Positions 39,080 through 53,180 are shown, counted from the first letter of the stretch. The stretch is 64,000 bases of DNA from Octopus sinensis (GCF_006345805.1 NC_043000.1:94612001-94676000), one strand, 5' to 3'. The notes: generated from the sequence alone by a model not told the origin. Numbers and translations are program-made.

Positions 39080-40420
39080 ATCCACAAGCTTTCAAGTCTT
39101 TCAAACGCTGCACTTTTTTCATGTGTCACTGGCGTGTTCCGGAGTTTCTTCTCAAAATACTTTACTTTCTTGCACGTAAGAAATCATTTCCTGATGTTAT
39201 TCCCCCTATACTTCCTCAAAAATAGGCCTTCTATTTGATTGAAACAATCTGTTCTATTCAAAATCTTTGCGTCTAGCATCATACCTTTTCAATTTGGCCT
39301 TTAATGCCGTCACCCTTTGTGACAATTCTTCAATTACTCTTTGCTTTCCCTTATCATCTAACTTGAATTTTTCTGATTACAACCTCATTCTTAGGTTGCC
39401 CTCTCATTACCATATTTAATTGCTCCAATTCTTTCCATGTCTTTTCCAACTTCATTAGTATTCTCTTACTCCAATTTTGTTCATTCTTTTCCTTCCATTT
39501 CTTTTCTTCAACAGACTTCTGCTTATATCCTATTATGTCAGCTACAACATTAGCAGCAGCCATGATTAGCTGGTTTGTTTCACTAATTTTATCTTTTACC
39601 GAAGCTCACAACACTATTTTATTTTCTTGTGGTTCTTCTTAATTTTCCTCTGTCTATATACCTTACTTTAAGAGGCATTTCACTTTTCACACCAAACAGT
39701 TTACCTCGCAGCGTAGCTAGCATTTTCTCTTCTTCATCGTTCAAGTCTTGTTCAACATTTACTGTCACTTGTCCAGCTAAATTACCTTCACTATTTACTT
39801 CATCAGTATTCTCAGGCACATAGTAATTAATTGCTTTTTCATTTTTTTCCATCTCTTAATTCTTCAATACAACTTTCTGATACTGTTGTTACAGTCTTCT
39901 TGTTCATTTTTTATTCCCCTCTGAATTTCTTCAACGTCTAATCTTGTAATACTGTCATTTATACGAACTGCCCTAGCCTGGTTTATCAATCGCTGGGCAG
40001 ACTCCTTTTTCATCCCGTATTGTTTTCATTCGCTTCATGAAACCTTCTATTCAGCTCAGTTCTCAGCCAACATTCAATCATAATTTTGTGTACCATTTTT
40101 TCCCATTTCATTTTTCTTTCACTGCACTTTTGACTTTGATCCTGATCCTGATCATTGCCTTGATAACTATCTGATGGAGCTTGATCAGACACTCCTTGCC
40201 TGCTGTGCAAGTTGCCATTATTGTTATTTCCGATCCCGTTAACGCAGTTATTACCATCATTTGATTCACTTATTTTGAAGTAGCATATTTAAGATTGTGC
40301 AATCACCAGTATTTTAATCGTGACATCATCACAAGGTGAGTTGTCAAGCAAGGCTCAGAGTTAACTTTTAGCCTCATATACACTCCGTTGGATCGTCGTT
40401 GACCCCCATGAGTTCATCGA
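39080..40420 (-). pseudogene. R4/Dong-like non-LTR retrotransposon N-terminal ORF remnant
   Basis: Minus-strand pieces KW..MVHKIMIECW, YIDRGKLRRTTRK, ISETNQLIMAAANVVADIIGY and QRVTALKAKLKRYDARR..NRLFQSN resemble the pre-RT region of R4/Dong ORFs. Many stops. Confidence 0.7.
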
Positions 40421-40629
40421 CGCTTTGGCGAGTCTTTTTTTCCTTCTCACAGGATATCTATCCATCACCTTCCTCACCAAGCACGTTTAATGGATTTTCC
40501 GGTTTAGTCACAATGGATCGTAAGTATTTATATTTTAAACCTAATTGCAGCATTCAGTCGCCAACACCAGAATCTAGCGAGACATTCCTTCCAGACCAAC
40601 ACAATAAGGCAAGCACAAAATATACAACT

Positions 40630-40860
40630 GATGGTCACCTCCTCATTAATCCTTTCCGTCACTACCTGGTCTCACGCCGGACAAAATGCTTAGCGGTGTT
40701 TTGTCCGTCTATAGATTCTGAGTTCAAATTCCAGCGAGGTCGACTTTGCCTTTCACCCTTTCGGGGTCGATAAATTAAGTACCAGTCAAGTACTGGGATC
40801 GATGTAATCGACTATCCTCCTCCACCACAATTGCAGGCCTTGTTGCTATAGTAGAAGGTA
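40630..40860 (+). mobile_element. SINE family B
   Basis: GAGTTCAAATTCCAGCGAGGTCGACTTTGCCTTTCACCCTTTCGGGGTCGATAAATTAAGTACCAGT. Confidence 0.85.
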
Positions 40861-41227
40861 TCGTTATTATTATTATGACTATCCCCATCACTACTACTGC
40901 CGCTGTCATTTATATTATTATTATTTTTACTAACACTATCACTTTATCATCTTTACCACAAACTTAACAAAATTTCCGTAATATAACACATCATCTGAAA
41001 TTTGACGAGAAAAGAAAACCAATTAGAAACATATTTATACTGTTATTCTACATGCAAACAATTATCTAACGTTAGTGAGTAAGAAGAAACCAAAATGATT
41101 TGACCCAGCTGTTAAACATCTGCATGCGATACCATTAGTCCAAACTGCGTCCATAGGACCAAGACAAAGCTAAAAAAAACTATATCCTAATATTTAAATA
41201 CATTGCACTATTATGAAAAGAGACATA

Positions 41228-41455
41228 TTTCGTTTTTGGATTTGGTTTGCAAGAGTCTTTATATGAGTTCGTGTATTGAAGCATATTCTGTTGTGTCTGG
41301 GGAGAGTCTTGACTCAAGACTATTGAAAAGGTTGCAAAATGCAACGAACATTTTCGGAAAATAAAAATAACAAATAAATGGAAATTTTACCGGTAAGTGT
41401 GTTACATTATAAGGCACAAAAAGAAAATGACTCTCCCCAGACACAACAGAAAAGA
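41228..41455. repeat. Fold-back pLTR-like element with a hammerhead-like loop
   Basis: Perfect 21-bp arms at 41288-41308 and 41429-41449; sibling at 44655-44960. Confidence 0.85.
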
Positions 41456-41514
41456 GACATGATAGCCAGGAAGCCTGCCTCAGTTGATGACGAACGAAAA
41501 CTTTTATGCCTAAA

Positions 41515-41526
41515 TTATTATTATTA

Positions 41527-41569
<43 letters not shown>

Positions 41570-41644
41570 GTTATTATTATTATTGTTGTTGTTGTTGTTG
41601 TTGTTGTTGTTATTACTATTATTATTATTATATTATTATTGTTA

Positions 41645-41703
<59 letters not shown>

Positions 41704-41705
41704 TG
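41515..41705. repeat. (ATT)n/(GTT)n microsatellite abutting the 3' end of an RLE element
   Basis: Read directly. Confidence 0.95.
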
Positions 41706-41709
41706 ATTA

Positions 41710-42450
41710 AAACTCTCAGTTTATTTTGATGAGTGTGATGGAAAGCGTCAACTGTCCACAACCAGCAGACTAAGGTGACACTTGTTTACTGGTAATGCTT
41801 CAGGAATTCAACGAAGAATTCATGTAGTTCCAAGCAATGCAGAATTTTATAGGTGTTCTCTCTTTACATCAGTAACAATCTTTTTGAGCCATGTTGGTAG
41901 TTGAGCGTTGATACATTCAAGTGAACCAATTATTATTGGTATCACGTCTACTCTCTTCATTGACCACTACCTTCGTATTTCCCACTGCTAATCATCGTAG
42001 TTATTCAGTTTTTTTTATTTTTCTCATTGATCCTGTTGTCATCAGATGCTATGCCGATTATCAAGCAAGTTCTTTCTTTTTTATTCACCACATCCGGTTT
42101 CCGATACTTGGTCAGGTGATCGCAATGGCTCATAGCATACCACGAGATTTTGCAATCTTCATTTTCGATGTCTGCTGGGGTTTTTGCATACCATGTCTTT
42201 GCTATTTGTAGGCCGTGATTTTCACCGAGCTACCAATGGATCGTTCTTGCTATATTGTCATGTCGACTTTTGTAATCGCGTTGTACCAATTTCGGGCATT
42301 CGCAAACGATGTGTCATACAGTTTCACTCCTCTCACCACGCATTCTGCATTTGTCGCTCTCGGTAGTGTTGTCAATTCTGCACTTCACATAGTTAGTCCT
42401 TAAAGCCGGTTCTTGTGCTGCGCATATAATTGCTTCTCTCTCTATCTTCA
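41710..42450 (-). pseudogene. R4/Dong-like non-LTR retrotransposon C-terminus (CCHC knuckle plus RLE)
   Basis: IIYAAQEPALRTNYVKCRID..KCRMRGERSETV.HIVCECPKLVQRDYKSRHDNIARTIHW, then HLTKYRKPDVVNKK, then VDVIPIIIGSL. Confidence 0.85.
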
Positions 42451-42719
42451 GGTCATTTCTCCGCCTCTCCTTTCATGCTCTTTGTGTGTGTGTGTGCGTT
42501 CTTTTCCTCTTGAGTTTTCTTTCTTTACATAATTATCAAATTTGATGACGCCAGACTTCTTAATATGTTTCAACTATATTTCCACGGTACTTTTTACATA
42601 CCACACTAAGCTGTTTTCCTCTGCTTCGATACAATCGGGGCAACTGATCAAACCTCTCTCGCCCTTTCTTCTGGACAAGTACAGACTATCGGTGTCACTC
42701 ATGAGGTGGAAGGTTCCAG

Positions 42720-43160
42720 CGGTAAGGCGACGAGCTGGTAGAGTCGTTAGCATGCCGGGCAAAAATACCGTGTGGCATTTCGTTCGTTTTAGGTTCTGAT
42801 TTCAAATTTCACCTAGGTCGACTTTGCCTTTTATCTTTTCGGGATCGATAAAATAAGTACCAATTGAACGCTGGGGTCGAAGTAATCAACTCATACCCTC
42901 CCCCAAAATGGCTTCCCTCGTGAAAAAATTTGAAACCATTATTATTATTATTATTATTATTATCATCATTCTTAAGGTAGCGAACTGACAGGATTGTCAG
43001 CAGGCCAGGCGAAATGCTTAGTGGCATTTCATCTGCCGCTACGTCCTGAGTTCAAATTCCGCCGAGATCGACTCTGTCTTTTTATCCTCTTGGGATCAAT
43101 AAATTAAGTACAGTGCAACCGACCATCCCCCTCCCCCACAATTTGAGGCGTATGTCTTTA
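42720..43160 (+). mobile_element. Two SINE family B copies
   Basis: AAGGCGACGAGCTGGTAGA at 42724; AAGGTAGCGAACTGACAGG at 42975. Confidence 0.8.
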
Positions 43161-43239
43161 GTCGTAAGGGTTATTATCATTCTTCTTCTTCTTCATCTTC
43201 TTCTTCTTCATCTTCTTCTTCTTCTTCTTCTTCTGCTTG

Positions 43240-43307
<68 letters not shown>

Positions 43308-43680
43308 ATTACTGTTGTTGTTGTTGTTGTTGTTAATGTCCTTTTTATTCATGACCCACAAGTTTCCTTTTACAAGACCAGCTGGCGCTGTTCTTCCGAA
43401 TAGCGTCTATACTGAAATAATCTGTAGTGGAAGAGGATGAAAATATTCAATTCTGACACTTTCCTCTTCGATCATCCCTCATTGACTTTTTCGAATTTTA
43501 CATGCGCGCGCACGTGTTTCTTTGTGTGAAGGAGTACGTCTGCGAGTTTGTATTAAAACGTGGTTAAAACTTTACACACTAGTTGTATGATATCAACAAA
43601 AATGTGAAAAAGTGCACACAAAAAAATTGTGATAATCTTTACACACTCACACAACACGCAGTAATACACCTGCTTGTTGT

Positions 43681-43836
43681 TCCTACACCTGTCTTCGTCT
43701 TTTGTTTTTCTGTAAATTAGGCTCGAAACGTAAAAGACTTGTTCTATTTCTATTCCTGAGCGCCATACTAATACATTTGTTTGTTTGTACTCCACCTGCC
43801 TTCGTCTTTTGTTTATTTTCGTAAACCTTCCCGTTG
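43681..43836 (+). repeat. pLTR-derived repeat, inverted sibling of 7510-7700
   Basis: AGGCTCGAAACGTAAAAGACTTG..CCTGAGCGCCATACTAATAC..CCACCTGCCTTCGTCTTT..TTCCCGTT. Confidence 0.85.
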
Positions 43837-43871
<35 letters not shown>

Positions 43872-43960
43872 TAATATATATATATATACAACGGGAAGGA
43901 TTTGGCAGATGGAATTCAAAGAAGCCTATCTCATATACATATATATATATTATATATATA

Positions 43961-44027
<67 letters not shown>

Positions 44028-44039
44028 TATACATATACA

Positions 44040-44096
<57 letters not shown>

Positions 44097-44551
44097 ATAT
44101 ATTACCTTGCATTGAAAGGAAGGTAGAAATAAAAAGTCTACACATTACTACAATCAATTAACGTCTAATTCATTCAAATATTTCAATCATTGATTTTCGT
44201 TTCACTCGATTTCCTGCAATTAATTAATCGAAGTATTTCGTAACTTTCAAATTGAATTGTATAGTAACAGCTTCGATCGATGTGTATTTATAGCCTCACA
44301 CTAATATAGTTGCGTGCGCACACTGTATCATAATGTCCAGTGTAATTGTACACAAGTAATTTACAGAATGTATTATTATTATTATTATTATTCTTTTTAA
44401 CATCTAATACTGAAAGCTTCGAAAATGTTCCAACTACAAATATACTTTCGTGCAATGCTCTTTGCTTGGCTAAAATTTGTAATTATTGGGATGGTAAATG
44501 GGAAGGTATCCATTCATACATTCATATATCCATCCATCCATCCATCCACCA

Positions 44552-44585
<34 letters not shown>

Positions 44586-44654
44586 CATACATACATACAT
44601 ACATACATGCATTCAGAGAATGAATGATATATATATATATATATATTATATACA

Positions 44655-44960
44655 CTGTTGTGTCTGGTGAGACTCATTTTCTTTTTGTGCCTTATATTGT
44701 AACACACTCACCGGCAACATTTTCACTTTGTTCTTATTTTTATTTTCCTAAAGAGAGTCAAAACTATTGAAAAGGTTGCAAGACGCAACGAAAATTTTAG
44801 GAAAATGAAGAAAAAAAGAAAAAGAAAAAAGTGGAAATTTTATCGGTGAGTGTGTTACATTATAAGGCAGAAAGAGAAATTGACTCTCCCCAGACACAAC
44901 AGAATATGCTTGAACACACGAACTCATATAAAGACTCTTGCAAACCAAATCCAAAAATCG
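44655..44960. repeat. Fold-back pLTR-like element with a hammerhead-like loop
   Basis: Imperfect arms of about 72 bp (44655-44728 and 44830-44902). The loop contains TTGAAAA G GTTGC AAGAC GCAAC GAAA AT TT. Confidence 0.85.
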
Positions 44961-45032
44961 AAATATGTATATATATATATATATATATACATATGTATAT
45001 GTTATATATGTATATATATGTATATATATATA

Positions 45033-45117
<85 letters not shown>

Positions 45118-46429
45118 ATATATAATATATATATGTATGTATGTATGTATATGTATATTTATATATACACACATACATACACATGTATATAGCACATGTG
45201 TAAAAATACATGTATTTACATACTTGTAGAAATATTTAAATATATACGTGTTTGCATGTGTGTGTATATAAATACGATGTATTTAATGATATATAACATG
45301 TGTATACATGTACATTAATATACATGTACACACATATATACATATGTATATATAATTGTCTATGCATCTGTGTATGTATATTTATACATACGTAAATGCG
45401 TGTGCGTGCGCATGCGTGTGTGTGGATATTAGAGTAAAAGCTAAACTACACTATAATTAAAATATAGTCATCATTGCAGTTACCCCCTTAATAAAACTCT
45501 TAAAATTTTTCGTGTTGGTTTTAATTTCAGAAAGTGTGATGTGCGTTTCATCTCAAAATCTTCACATTCTTTAGCTTGTAATCAAGTAATTGCTGTTGTT
45601 CATTACTATTTGAAGTATTTCGCCTAAATCCATGAAACTAATTAAAAATAAATTATATTTTTAGTAGCAATTAATTAATTTAGCAAGTGTTACGAACTGG
45701 ATTTCGTGAGATCTCTTCTGATCTCAAAGTGCGTAAACGTTTTATCAGTCTCTAACTACGTAACATGTATTATTTACTTGGGGTTTTGTGACCTTTTATT
45801 ACATTCTTCTCCATATATTTATTGATATTTGTGCACAGCTACAAAGAACCACATTCATTCACATAAACAGTTTCTTGTGATTAACGTATTGACGTTGTTC
45901 TAATGCACAGATTCTCGAACATTTATTTGCTTATCGCCTCATATCTTTTTACAAACACACACTTTTCAACACCTCTATGCAACGAGTTAATGAAATTAAA
46001 TGCACGACATATAAATATGTACATATACGTACATATAATCAATCGCTACCCCATCCGGCAAGCGCAGTGTTTGTATTTATTGCATTCATTTACTCTATGA
46101 ATTGTTTCAATCATTTGACTGCGACATTGCTTTACCGAGCAGTTCAATCCCAGGATTTATTTGTTTAATCCAAGCATTTATTCTATCGTCTATGTTTCCG
46201 AACAGCTACGTTACGGGGGCGTAAATATACCGACATCTTTGGCTGTTTCTTTGGCATACCTGTATATATATATATATATATATATATGCATACAGAATAA
46301 TGACTATAAAATTAATGTATCATAATTATATATATACTCCAATTTAAAGCGACATTTATCTAAACAATTGACTGAAAAATAATGAGCTAACTCTGACACA
46401 CACATATACACACACATACACACATACAC

Positions 46430-46522
<93 letters not shown>

Positions 46523-46839
46523 GTCTCAACTATGTTAATACACCAAGTCCTAGACGTGCAAAGGGAAAAGAGAAACAACCAACGAGTCTCTAATGAATCA
46601 CTCAAGAAATATTCAGTCCTCACACACAACCCAAGAATTGGAGAACTGGCGCACCTTAATAAGACATGTAAGTGAAGCTTTCTGTATAATATTGGTATGT
46701 TCTCAGTGAAATTGAGGATAATGATAACATGATAAAATGTCGGTTACCGCACGTTATATTTTGAAAGTCAAATTTTGCAATCGAGAAGCTGAAAATGGCT
46801 AATAACCATTCATGAAAAGTGAGTGTGTTGTTCTCATGC

Positions 46840-47395
46840 GTCCCACTTCCAACTGAAAATATTGATTATGGTACACATCCATAGAAGATATACACATTTG
46901 AACAGCAGATACCCAAAAATGTCATGAAGGTCCTACTACCTGCTCTGTGTTGTTAACGCAATATACAATGTCATATGCAATAAAGAATATTCTTTGATAA
47001 AAATTGCAATGGCCTTATCATTCAATACATAAATCCATAACTCATTAAAATTGGTGGAACATTACCAACGAGACCTAACTCAACTGGTAGCATTACAGAC
47101 CATATATAATTGCTTGGGACAAGAAAGAAAATCTCAGGCAGCCTTAGACGTAAGCTGTTCTGAAGATGTGAACATTTTCCTCAGAGTTAGTGAGAAGCGG
47201 AAAACATGGATAGAGACTTCATAACTTTCAGTTTCTCCCTCCTGATTATAAATTTACGTTTATCCCAATAATTATTGAACTGTTCTTTATGAGCAACTAG
47301 GACTTTGAAGCTAAAGAATCTGACTAGTATGCGAGTACTTTACAAAAACAATCCATAAGTGGAACAGTAAAAATATCGAAGTTAAACTTAATATG
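46840..47395 (+). pseudogene. Decayed R4/Dong-like RLE C-terminus
   Basis: Traces of WWNIT, HYRPYIIAWDKKE, LDVSCSEDVNI, PDYKFTFIPIII and QSISGTVKI across frames. Confidence 0.65.
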
Positions 47396-47601
47396 GTTAT
47401 CATTTGAGTTATTCAAATTCCATTGATCGAACTTTTGTTTCTGCGTTGGAAACCAGCGCATCCTTTGTAGGAAGAATTCAGACGATTAAAACAGATACAT
47501 CTATTCATGGATGCATATATTTATAAATGTTCTAATATATATATAGATAGATATTATATAAATGGGGTGGGGTGCGTGTGTGTGTGTCCATATATATATT
47601 T

Positions 47602-48475
47602 ATTGGATATCCGGGCTAAATTTTTGTCTTTCTTCAAGAACAGCTTACTGTATTGCAGAACCGTCAACGGCGTTGGAAAGCATTATGATTTAAATTGTAA
47701 TTGACAAAATAGTTAGCTGACATGGATCACTGGAAGCCATCTAAATACTGGAAAAGAGCTACCTCTATCATAATGATTTGCTCCGGTACCAAAATACTGC
47801 TCAATACTCTGTCAACAATATAAACGCTGTAAGAAGTGACATGGACAGTTACAACGAAGACTACGAAGTCGTTATCAGCAGAACGGCACTCAGCATTTGT
47901 CCGGACAACGTCCGCACGCCGAGATTCATCCCCACATCTTTGAAAAGGACATTAGGTTCAATTCAGACGGTCATGTGTAGCTGCTGGAGTCTGTGATCAG
48001 TCTCTGATTGTAAAAGATTGTTGCTAGAAGGTCATATCTGCGGTAGCAGGATTCGGCTCCATACCATATCTCCAGAAAGAGTGAGAAGTGATTGTCGGAA
48101 AACTTCTTCGATTTCACCAGCCCCAATTTTATGGTCTCCTAATTTCCTCGATTCTAATCCCATGGATGACTATGTATGGGTCGCGATTGTGAAAGGCAAC
48201 AACCACTCTGCGTTCGACAGCAAGGCCGAGCTGGTTGCCAAGATCAAGGAGGTGTTGGGAAGTCTCTCCAGGTACACAGTGGGGAACGCATGCACTAGGT
48301 TCCATAACTGTCTTGATGTCGTACTGGAAACCAAGAGCAACTAATTTGAGGATATTGTTATCTCAGGATATAATGTAGGTTATATTGTCTTTTAAGATAC
48401 GCTTATTTTTGGATGGTATATTTTGTTTTCTTTTCATTTATTGCAAACTGTCATATTTAGCCCGAACATCCTACA
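47602..48475 (+). mobile_element. Internally deleted Tc1/mariner (maT-like) element
   Basis: Imperfect TIRs TTGGATATCCGGGCTAAAT and ATTTAGCCCGAACATCCTA. Coding remnant WSPNFLDSNPMDDYVW..KAELVAKIKEV..ACTRF (WPPNSPDLNPLDY-like). Confidence 0.8.
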
Positions 48476-48478
48476 TAT

Positions 48479-48536
<58 letters not shown>

Positions 48537-49779
48537 GGTGCTCCAGCATGACCACAGTCCAGTGACCGAAACTAGTAAAGGGATCACCAACTTCTCTTAT
48601 GTCCATCTTCTATGTTCCTGCCTCCAGGCTTTCACTCTATACACGCCAGGTCAATTTGATTCGTTCTCATTGGTCGAAAGACACTTGTTATAATTCTTGT
48701 TGTTTGTATTTGTAACTGTATAACATGTTCTCTGGTTTTTGCGTCTTTGTTGTCGTACACATTCGCTTGGTTTCTTACAAAAAATCTAATGCTCTAAGCT
48801 TAGACTTTTGGGGGGCAATCAGATTTGAACAGTTTCAAGTGTAACTGCCCGAAACTGTACAGACGAATCTGGAAACTTGATTGATGAAAGAAGGCCACGA
48901 ATGACCCGTCTATCTGTCCGGATGTTTTACTGTCCTCTATTTCATTTTTGTTCCATTTTTTATATTTATATATACATATAGCGGCGTACGTACACTTTTG
49001 CACACCATGTAAGTATATATTACATAAAGAAGATATTTCCCACTCCGCCATAAATTCTTAGCGTATTCTTTAGATTGTTATATATAAAAAAAATATTTTT
49101 AGATTACTGTCATTAAAAGTGCACAAGAATATTTTATGACCGTTATACTAGTTTTTATTTATTTTATTGATTTGAGTTCTTACTTTTTATTATATTGTAA
49201 AATTATTGACACTCAGGCTTACAAACATATTTAATTCAGTCTATTCTGGAATTTAGCAATCCTTACACGTAATTTTGTATATATGTTTGTATGTATATAT
49301 AAAGTTAGCACAAGGCGTGAGGATGCGGAAAAAAATATCAGCCTATTTAGAAAGAGAAGCTAAATTCCTAATTCAACCGCCGGAAGGTAGCAAGTAACAG
49401 AAACACAAAAGCAGGCGAGAAAACGGATAAAGAATTAAGACATTAAAAACGCTTACCTTTAAAGAATATGCCATTCAGATAATCATATACAATTGTTTCA
49501 GATTCTGTCCCAAGGGCCTCAACCTTCTTCAATATGAGTCACTGATAAAAATTCTAACTCCGTCACCTTATAATTCTATGACTTTATAAGGTTATGACTT
49601 CTTTTGCGCCAAGCCGATCCACATGGTGCAATATACATATGTATATATATATATATATGAGCAAAAATATTCGAGTATTTACACTCGACGTAAAATGTTA
49701 CTTTCTCAATATCATCTGCGGTGAATATTTTTAATTGATAGTTTTAACAGTGTAAATACTCAAATGTTTTATATATACT

Positions 49780-50150
49780 CTTCTACTTTTATTTGTTTCA
49801 GTCATTTGATTGTGACCATGCTGGAGCACCGCCTTTAGTCCAACAAATCGGCCCCAGGACTTATGTTTTTTGTAAGCCTAATACTTATTCTATCGGTCTC
49901 TATTGCCGAATCGCTAAATTACGGGCACATAAACACACTAGCATCGGTTGTCAAGCGACAAACACAAACACATATAGAAATATATATACGACGGGCTTCT
50001 TTCAGTTTCCGTCTACCAAATCCACTCACAAGTCTTCGGTCGGCCCAAGACTATAGTCGAAGACACTTGCCCAAGGTGCCAAGCAGTGGGACTGAACCTG
50101 GAAACATATTAGTTGGTAAGCAAGCTACTTACCACGCAGCCTCTCCTGCG
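49780..50150 (-). mobile_element. SINE family A
   Basis: Collinear with the other family A copies. Confidence 0.88.
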
Positions 50151-50152
50151 CT

Positions 50153-50188
<36 letters not shown>

Positions 50189-50442
50189 GATGACAAAGAA
50201 ATGAACGATTTTCTTATGAATTTCATTAGCATACATCTGTTTCTGCTATAAGATGCAGTGGACTCAAAGTTAAGTACTTTAGTAACAACTTATAGCTTCA
50301 TCAGAACCTCGAATGAGAAGATAATCGTTTATTACTTTGTCGTCTCATTTTCTTATTACTGCTCTGTACTCGACTAACCCTTCATTTTGAAGTATATGTT
50401 TATTATTCTGTACACTAGGTTATTAATCTTGCAATGCCTAAG

Positions 50443-50527
<85 letters not shown>

Positions 50528-50899
50528 CATATACATACATATACATAAATATATATATATATATGTATATGTATGTATGTAAGTGCGTATGTATGTATAT
50601 ATAGAAGCATGAAAACTGGTGTGTACATGTACGAATATCTAAGTATGTATGTATCTATCATGGAATAATAGTTCGTGGAAATAACGGAATATCGATTATT
50701 GTATGAGGAACGAAATCTGTACCAATTCTGTTTAAAATGTACAATTTGTAATTGTTTATCTGCCTAGACAGATGTGTCGGTAACACAAATAATTGCTTAT
50801 ATTTCCTCAGGAAAGACAATTCGAAATGGGCACCTACATTTTGCGATATACAAGATATCGTCCTCTGCTTGTGTTTATTCTTAATAAAAAATCTTATAC

Positions 50900-51370
50900 T
50901 TAATCTCTAGGTTTATTCTACTATTAAAGGACGGTGAAAAACCGGGAGTGGGAGCTGATGAAAGGAGAGTAGTAAAGAGCAGTAGAAAGAGATGTAAAGA
51001 GAAGGAATAGAAAACAGAATCAGGCGAGGGATTTAAAGAATAGAAGAGGGAGGAAAAGAACAGTGAGGGACGGAAAGAGTAGAGAAGGAGGTAAAAAACA
51101 GGAGATGGATGCAGTAAAGAGAAGGAGAGGAAGGTAATAAAGAATAGGATAGAGGTAACGGACAGATTAGGGAGATAAAATGAAGTAGGAAAGGTAAGTA
51201 AAAAGTAGAGGGCGGAGTTAAAGAGCAAGTGAGGACAGTAAAAATTAGGAGAGGAATGTAAAGAGTAGGAATGGAAGGGAAAGAGCAGATGTGGAAGTAG
51301 TAAAGAGCAGCAGAGGGAGGTGGAGAGCAGTAGTGGAGGTAAAGAGTAGGAGAGGGAGGGAAAGAGCAAT
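50900..51370. repeat. Purine-rich low-complexity tract
   Basis: A/G-rich plus strand; the ORF is a compositional artefact. Confidence 0.8.
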
Positions 51371-52710
51371 CTTGAATGAAACAGTTATTCCCAACAATTA
51401 TATATATTTCTTGAAATGATGCAAAAAATGTATACAGCTGAAGGAAAGAACTTCAGTGTTGTACATATGATGCAGGGCGAGATTGAAAAACTAATTTGGT
51501 AGCTTTTCATTTAAACTTGCTCCACTGATAAAAACACATTTTTTTCCGTTCCCAAAGACAGATCCGCTCCTATATTCATTCTTTCCCTATTAATATTACA
51601 TGCAATATTAAGCTCTCAGCAAAAGTGATTAAATATACATAAGATTAAATAAACATATACCGATGCGTCTGACACCATTTCGCAAAGTGTTCAGATATGA
51701 AACCATAATACATTTCTTATTTAACCATAGAAAAATAAAGTATGAATTGTACGCAAGCTTGTCTTATAATCCTATTCTATGATACGAATTATCATCGGAA
51801 AGATACATCTAAACATTATTCTATGTGGTCAGATCTCTTGAATATTTAAAACGATCGTGATTTATTTGTTTCCGTCCTATTAATGTGTCTGACTGGCATT
51901 TTGGTTCGAAAAGTTAACACAAAATCAACTCTCATTTTTGCTTAACACAACACAGCCATTGGATAGTTTCACCTTCTTGGTCAAATAACAACAGCCACTA
52001 CAATGTAGAAATGTGGCTAGATGTTCACACAGCCTAATGTGTGATATTTAAACAGATGATAGAAATTCTATAACAGATAGAGGCCGACAGATATAGACTG
52101 AAATTTTAGTATTTTAAAGTCGAGATATTTAATATAAACAATATGAATTCAAGCATCATAACTTATATTCCCCATACTACCTTTCTAAAAGTAAAAAGCA
52201 GCTTCATTTCTTTGTCATGAAATATAGTAGTACAACTGATATATATTCGTTTCAAATTTTGGCACAAAGCCTGGAATTTGGAAGGAGGGATATAATCGAT
52301 TATATTGAGTCCAAAGCTCAACTGATGCTTATTATACCGACCGCGAGAAGAAAAAGTCAAAGCATTTCGTCCACTATGAGAACGATTCTGCTAGCTCTAT
52401 ATACTGAGCAAATAATCGTTTTCATTTTAACAGCGGCTGATAAGGTAAATAGTTACTGAAATATATGGATGCTCAGTGACAATTTTTTTTTTTGTATATT
52501 TGGGTTCCATTCCCCACGACGTTTTAAATGATATACACATAAAATCAAAGAACCGATGAAACGTATAGCCGTCTTCCAGATTTAATTATTAAATATCACG
52601 CTTTGATTAACTCAGTTTGAACGGCATATCTATCGATTCATGTATCTATCTAGCTGACTATATCTCACTTTTGTCGTTTCTCACCATCTCTACACAAATA
52701 ACTACACACA

Positions 52711-52741
<31 letters not shown>

Positions 52742-52821
52742 TACATACATAGATACATACATACGTACATACACACACATATATATATATATATACGTAC
52801 ACACAGATATATATATATATA

Positions 52822-52850
<29 letters not shown>

Positions 52851-52852
<2 letters not shown>

Positions 52853-52990
52853 GGCGCAATGATAAGATCATCGGGCAATCTAAAACACGGCATTCTTAAG
52901 ACTCTGTACAGTAAATACGTAAAAACAGATTATGTATGGCTAAGAAGTTTTGTATATAGCTTCCTAAGAGTAAATGTGTAATGGGTTAAC

Positions 52991-53039
<49 letters not shown>

Positions 53040-53180
53040 GCAATGATAAGATCATCGGGCAATCTAAAACACGGCATTCTTAAGACTCTGTACAGTAAAT
53101 ACGTAGAAAACAGATTATGTATGGCTAAGAAGTTTTGTATATAGCTTCCTAAGAGTAAATGTGTAATGGGTTAACGTGTA
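52851..53180. repeat. 184-bp tandem duplication bounded by (TA)n
   Basis: ATGGCGCAATGATAAGATC...GGGTTAACGTG at 52851 and 53035; a one-base insertion distinguishes the copies. Confidence 0.95.

Noticed and set aside
49457-49541. Minus-strand exon-like segment with a good acceptor and an AAG|GTAAGC donor
   Set aside because: All three frames contain a stop, so a coding exon is unsupported. A non-coding exon cannot be excluded.
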